From positions 1 through 23,221 of the forward strand of contig CAZVGK010000040.1 in NCBI GenBank assembly GCA_964626665.1: DNA of 23,221 bases. Direction: 5' to 3'. The translations under genes were made by a program, and so were the position numbers. Source of the stretch: an uncultured Gemmatimonadota bacterium. Its GTDB lineage: Bacteria; SM23-81; DAOVCL01. Below, piece by piece: positions 19,120 to 23,221 of this stretch (position 1 is the stretch's first letter; the number at the start of each line of letters is the position of its first letter). The notes under the pieces are model-generated. The model made no database searches. It was not told where the DNA came from and worked only from the letters and a program-made list of their open reading frames with translations.

Positions 19120-21174
19120 ATGAAGATGAAGCACCTTTGGATGGCGCTGCTTGTAACCGTTGTTGGTTCTGGGTCAGCAGCAGCCCAAACCCAGGTGGGA
19201 GGAACTATTTCCACGAATACAACCTGGGTGGCTGCCGGAAATCCTTATATTGTGGTGAGGACTGTACAGGTGCTGGAAGGGGTGACCCTTTCCATTGAGC
19301 CCGGAGTAAAGGTGCAGTTTGATCCCCCCTGCAGCCTCCAGGTGGCGGGGACCCTTATAGCTAGGGGAAATCCCACGGATAGCATCATCTTCACCTCTAA
19401 TGCCCCTTCTCCGCAACCAGGTGATTGGGGAGGCATAAAGTTCGACGATACCAGCGTTGATGCTGGCTTTGACTCCTTGGATAATTGGCTCGGCGGGTCC
19501 ATTATTGAATTATGCCGGATTGAATATGGTAAGGGAATCTGTTTAGCTCAGGCTTCGCCCTTTATTCATCGGAACCTCATCGCTTCCAATGCGCTCTCCG
19601 GTATCTCCTGCTATGGTTCCTCACCGAAGATTGAGGGAAATAGAATAGAGGGGAACGCGGCCCCCTCGACGGACTACGGTGGTGGTATCTTCTGTGGTAG
19701 CTCATCTCCCACCATCACCGAGAATTTTATCTTGGGCAACTCCGCCAAATATGGGGGAGGAATCTGTTGCTATGGGAAGTCCTCACCCATTATTACGGAT
19801 AACCGAGTGGAGGGGAATTGGGCCTTAAGGGGAGGAGGTATTTGTTGTCTCTACTATCCCAAGGCTTCCGCCCTGATCAGTGGCAACGATATTAGGGGGA
19901 ACACCGCTGCTCACTTGGGTGGAGGGATCTATACGTCCGGTACAATGGCCTGGGATATCAATGCAAACAAGATAATTGGAAATTCAGCTGCCAATGGAGG
20001 GGGCATTTATTGTAGCTCGTCCCTATTGATGGATGTCTCTCACAATATAATTGGTCATAATTTTGCCTCCGAAAATGGAGGTGGCCTCTTCTGTAACTCC
20101 TCAGCCTTAACTATAAGCTCTAACTCAATTATCCACAACTCCGCCTCTGACTCCGGAGGTGGTATATACACCTTTGGCGTCTCCCACTATCATCGTCCCC
20201 TGATCATTACTCAAAACAACATAGCCGACAATTCGGCAACCCTCTGTGGTGGGATTTATTCTCTCTGTGGTGGGATTTATTCTGCCGATTCCTCTTGGCT
20301 GGTAATGGATGAGAACAATTTGGTTAATAGAGGCCAGTATGAGGTTTACCTAAGCGAGGTAGGTGAGGATGTCAGTGCCCTTGACAACTGGTGGGGAACA
20401 ACAAATCTGGATTCTATTGAGGCAAAGATCTATGACTACTACGATGACACAACCTTGGCAGAGGTCCAGTTCCATCCTTTCCTTACCCTTCCGGTAATTG
20501 GTAACCCTGCTTCAGTCTATTCCCTTAGGTTAAAATCCGACAGCACTTATACCAGCGATTTGACCACCGACCTTTGGATTGGGGCGGAGATGTATATCCA
20601 ACTGGAAGGCTTGGACAGCGACTCCTTATCCTGTGATCAGACCACGGTTTCCCTTAAAGGCAACTTTACCGATACCACGGGCATTCAGGTGACCCTCACG
20701 GAGACAGATACTACCTCAGGAATTTTTCGGGGAGCTGCCCGGATAGATTCAATAAGTGTTGAGGATTTATCAATTAAGGCTGTGCTTGGAGAGACGCTTA
20801 CCGTGATCTCAGCCATCGATTCCACAAAGTTCGTCACGGTGCTGGTGGGAAAAGAAGGGATAAAGGAGGGGAACATATCCCCGATTCCAAGGGAGATTGC
20901 CCTGTTCCAAAACCATCCTAACCCATTTAACTCAAATACAGCGATCAGTTATCAGCTATCAGAGGTCAGGCCGCACCGCACCACCCTAAAGATTTATAAC
21001 ATCTTGGGTGAGGAGGTAAAGACTTTGGTGGATAAGGAACAAGCTTCTGGCTACTATTCTGTTAGCTGGGATGGGCGGGATAACCTGGGCAAAGATGTCT
21101 CCAGCGGGGTCTATTTTTATAGGCTGTCGACGGGAGATTTCCATCAGGCAAGAAAGATGATAATCCTGCGATAG
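19120..21174 (+). CDS. Secreted right-handed beta-helix repeat protein with FlgD-Ig / T9SS-type C-terminal sorting domain
   Basis: Signal peptide; repeated N-x-A-x2-GGGI-x-C motifs; NWWG; tail QNHPNPFN...LKIYNILGEEVKTLV...WDGRD...SSGVYFYRL...KMIILR. Confidence 0.85.
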   Translation: MKMKHLWMALLVTVVGSGSAAAQTQVGGTISTNTTWVAAGNPYIVVRTVQVLEGVTLSIEPGVKVQFDPPCSLQVAGTLIARGNPTDSIIFTSNAPSPQPGDWGGIKFDDTSVDAGFDSLDNWLGGSIIELCRIEYGKGICLAQASPFIHRNLIASNALSGISCYGSSPKIEGNRIEGNAAPSTDYGGGIFCGSSSPTITENFILGNSAKYGGGICCYGKSSPIITDNRVEGNWALRGGGICCLYYPKASALISGNDIRGNTAAHLGGGIYTSGTMAWDINANKIIGNSAANGGGIYCSSSLLMDVSHNIIGHNFASENGGGLFCNSSALTISSNSIIHNSASDSGGGIYTFGVSHYHRPLIITQNNIADNSATLCGGIYSLCGGIYSADSSWLVMDENNLVNRGQYEVYLSEVGEDVSALDNWWGTTNLDSIEAKIYDYYDDTTLAEVQFHPFLTLPVIGNPASVYSLRLKSDSTYTSDLTTDLWIGAEMYIQLEGLDSDSLSCDQTTVSLKGNFTDTTGIQVTLTETDTTSGIFRGAARIDSISVEDLSIKAVLGETLTVISAIDSTKFVTVLVGKEGIKEGNISPIPREIALFQNHPNPFNSNTAISYQLSEVRPHRTTLKIYNILGEEVKTLVDKEQASGYYSVSWDGRDNLGKDVSSGVYFYRLSTGDFHQARKMIILR
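20242..20283 (+). repeat. Perfect 21-bp in-frame tandem duplication
   Basis: CTCTGTGGTGGGATTTATTCT x2 = LCGGIYS LCGGIYS. Confidence 0.95.
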
Positions 21175-21243
21175 ATTGGGCTCTTTCTTAGCTTTGTGGA
21201 CAGGTTTACCTCTTGCCCAATCTTTTTACAACCCACTGGTAAA

Positions 21244-21459
21244 AAAATGGGGACACTTCCCATTTTTCATTTTTCCCGCCAGTTCCCACCATGTCTTCCC
21301 TTTCGCCGGCAAGGAAGAATCCCCCTCAAAGACAAGTCGTCTCAAGGGGATACAGATTTGTGAGAATCTTGTTGGTGAAAACTGGGCAAAGAAGATTGGT
21401 ACCCAAGTTATATGACAGGGCGAGAAGAATGACTTAAAAATAGGAAGTGTCCCTATTTT
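21244..21459. mobile_element. 216-bp MITE-like element with 24-bp self-palindromic terminal inverted repeats
   Basis: AAAATGGGGACACTTCCCATTTTT versus reverse complement of 21436-21459, AAAATAGGGACACTTCCTATTTTT (22/24). Confidence 0.65.
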
Positions 21460-21478
21460 ATTAATCACCCAAATTGGC

Positions 21479-21507
21479 TTGACATCTATTTAGGTGTTGA
21501 TTAAATT
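21479..21507 (+). promoter_or_regulatory. sigma-70-type promoter for tRNA-Arg-tadA
   Basis: TTGACA-N17-TAAATT, 16 nt before the tRNA. Confidence 0.72.
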
Positions 21508-21523
21508 TGGATCAGGGATTTTT

Positions 21524-21597
21524 GCGCCCGTAGCCCAATTGGATAGAGCGCCTGACTACGGATCAGGAGGGTGGGGGTTCGACTCCCTTCGGGCGCG
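21524..21597 (+). tRNA. tRNA-Arg(ACG), CCA not encoded
   Basis: Acceptor GCGCCCG/CGGGCGC, CCTGA-CTACGGA-TCAGG, GGTTCGACTCC. Confidence 0.96.
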
Positions 21598-21604
21598 CTA
21601 AGAG

Positions 21605-22075
21605 ATGGATCAAACCGTTAGGTGGATGAGGGCAGCCCTCCAGGAGGCCCAGAGGGCCTATGAGGAGGGTGAAGTTCCTGTCGGTGCTGTAATTGTGTAT
21701 GGGGAGCGGATAATTGGAAGGGGCCACAATCAGGTGGAAGAGCTGCAGGATCCCACCGCTCATGCCGAGGTCCTGGCCATTGGAGCAGCAGCAGGTTTCC
21801 TCCATTCCTGGAGGTTGGAAGGGGCTACAATCTATGTAACCATTGAACCCTGTCCTATGTGTGTGGGGGCTATTCTCCTTTCCAGATTGGATAGGTTGGT
21901 CTTTGGCGCCCCGGACCCCAGATTTGGCGCCTGCGGCTCGGTGATGAATATAACGGAAAGCTATTATCCTCTCAACCAGAAACCCGTTGTGGTCGGTGGT
22001 GTCCTCCAGGATGAATGTTCCCTGCTTCTTAGTTCATTCTTTCGGAAATTGAGAAAAGCTACCAAGTCAACTTAG
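21605..22075 (+). CDS. tadA: tRNA adenosine(34) deaminase
   Basis: GEVPVGAV, DPTAHAE, EPCPMC, FGACGS, FFRKLR. Confidence 0.95.
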   Translation: MDQTVRWMRAALQEAQRAYEEGEVPVGAVIVYGERIIGRGHNQVEELQDPTAHAEVLAIGAAAGFLHSWRLEGATIYVTIEPCPMCVGAILLSRLDRLVFGAPDPRFGACGSVMNITESYYPLNQKPVVVGGVLQDECSLLLSSFFRKLRKATKST

Positions 22076-22241
22076 CCTCTCGGAAATTCTACAAGTTCCG
22101 AGACGGCCATCAGGGGGTTTGGGGGAAAGGATGTGCTTTCCCCCAAGGGGTAACAGGATTTCGGTGTGAGCTGGCGGAGCACCGAAATCCGCCAGAGGGG
22201 CAATAGCCCCTTGGAAGTTAGCGACCGAAGGAAGCTAACTT
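22075..22241 (+). repeat. Five-hairpin structured element, copy B (fills the tadA/tRNA-Ser spacer)
   Basis: Stems TCTCGGAA/TTCCGAGA, TTGGGGGAAAG/CTTTCCCCCAA, GGATTTCGGTG/CACCGAAATCC, GGGGC/GCCCC, AAGTTAGC/GCTAACTT. Confidence 0.7.
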
Positions 22242-22242
22242 A

Positions 22243-22332
22243 GGAGAGGTGCCGGAGTTTGGCTTAACGGGGCGGTCTCGAAAACCGTTGTCCCTTAGGG
22301 GACCGGGGGTTCAAATCCCTCCCTCTCCGCCA
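22243..22332 (+). tRNA. tRNA-Ser(CGA)
   Basis: Acceptor GGAGAGG/CCTCTCC, GCGGT-CTCGAAA-ACCGT, variable arm GTCCC-TTAG-GGGAC, GCCA end. Confidence 0.96.
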
Positions 22333-22345
22333 GAAAAGGCCTCGC

Positions 22346-22438
22346 GGAGAGATGACCGAGTTGGCCGAAGGTGCACGACTGGAAATCGTGTTCTCGATGT
22401 GAGTCGGGACGAGGGTTCGAATCCCTCTCTCTCCGCCA
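22346..22438 (+). tRNA. tRNA-Ser(GGA)
   Basis: Acceptor GGAGAGA/TCTCTCC, CACGA-CTGGAAA-TCGTG, long variable arm, GCCA end. Confidence 0.96.
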
Positions 22439-22874
22439 GATTTTTGTATTGGTTTAGGGGGATAGCTGTTGACTTGCTGATAACCTTGATTCCCTTCCGT
22501 GATTTCTACCAATCATTAATTTAGGCTCCCTCTCCGGGCCATAGATAGCCTCGAATTTCAAATTGGAAAATGCAAAGTGCAAAAGTAAAAATCATTATTG
22601 TTTCCACCCTGTTAAACCCACATCTTGCCTTTCATTTTGATATTTTCAATTTACAATCCTTGCCCCGTTAGATATAAGATCATCTAACGGGGTGAACAAT
22701 TTACAATTGCTGGCTGCAAAACTTGACACAAATTTTAAGAAGTTGCCTTATGAAGCCAGCTAGTGATATCATCTCGGATAGTCCCCTCAGCGAGACCAAT
22801 CCCCACTGGTGTAGTGGTGAGTAGTCCAATTTAATCCCCTGATAATAGAGCTTATAAACTGCCCCAATTTGGGC

Positions 22875-22926
22875 TTGCTTTTTGCCCTCCCGCTGGTTAG
22901 AATATGGTAATTGGAGGAGGAGAATG
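22875..22926 (+). promoter_or_regulatory. Promoter, RBS and start codon of a gene interrupted by the intron
   Basis: TTGCTT-N17-TAGAAT (22875-22903), GGAGGAGG (22913-22920), ATG (22924). Confidence 0.6.
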
Positions 22927-22927
22927 A

Positions 22928-23184
22928 GTGCGCCGAGGAAGCTTATTAGTTCTTACCAGTGCAAGTCTGGTCTGGGCAAAGGTTAGCCACCAGCCCAGCA
23001 CCAAATCCCACGCACAGGGAGGTAACGAGCTGTGTGAAGCTGGGAGGCGGGAGGTATCGGGCCGCAACGAGAGTGAATGTATTGAGCCCCGAAATAACCA
23101 GCGTCTTGGAGGCCGATGCCCTTCATTTGGCAGCAGGCAGTATTCTCTTAACCGAGAGTGGCGAGGTTAAGCAGGGATTCCACC
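22928..23184 (+). mobile_element. 5' part (domain I) of a group II intron, probably IIB-like and apparently truncated
   Basis: Starts GTGCG; hairpins CCAG-TGCAAGT-CTGG and CTGGGC...GCCCAG; GGAGGTAAC...TGAAGC; TTGAGCCCCGAAA; loop GCCAC (22986) is complementary to loop GTGGC (23158), as expected for alpha-alpha'. Confidence 0.8.
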
Positions 23185-23221
23185 TTTTGGAAATAAATTA
23201 AACATTGAAAATGCTAAGATG

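Noticed and set aside
22213-22241. SRP RNA (ffs), suggested by CCGAAGGAAGC near tadA/tRNA-Ser
   Set aside because: Lacks the CAGG...GGAA...AGCAG helix-8 internal loop, and the motif recurs in the repeat copy at 4947-4975
22249-22524. ORFs over the tRNA-Ser genes, and 21563-21805 over tRNA-Arg/tadA
   Set aside because: Shadow frames of RNA genes and a confident CDS
22928-23201. Two 80-aa ORFs
   Set aside because: They overlap group II intron domain I and have no protein features

Overview
Bacterial chromosomal window, probably from a diderm FCB-related candidate lineage (inferred from TonB receptors and a FlgD-Ig/T9SS-like C-terminal tail). The left arm (minus strand) holds a five-PAS hybrid histidine kinase and a tandemly duplicated TonB-dependent receptor pair followed by an ABC-type substrate-binding protein; both units carry sigma-28-type promoters. 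Next come an outer-membrane protein, a ferredoxin, a small membrane protein, glnS and pncA-pncB. The right arm (plus strand) is a tRNA/translation cluster: all four tRNA-Ser, tRNA-Gln, tRNA-Glu, tRNA-Arg(ACG) abutting tadA, and gltX. It is interrupted after tRNA-Ser(GCT) by an AT-rich, translationally coupled three-gene islet (TIGR04255-like, HicB-like, HicA-like), the best candidate for an undescribed defence/toxin-antitoxin system. Intergenic DNA is dense with several families of small palindromic elements, including a five-hairpin element in two diverged copies and a dif-like 17-bp motif in about six copies. The window ends in the 5' part of a group II intron placed directly after an RBS and ATG. 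All family calls are by motif recognition; no searches were run.
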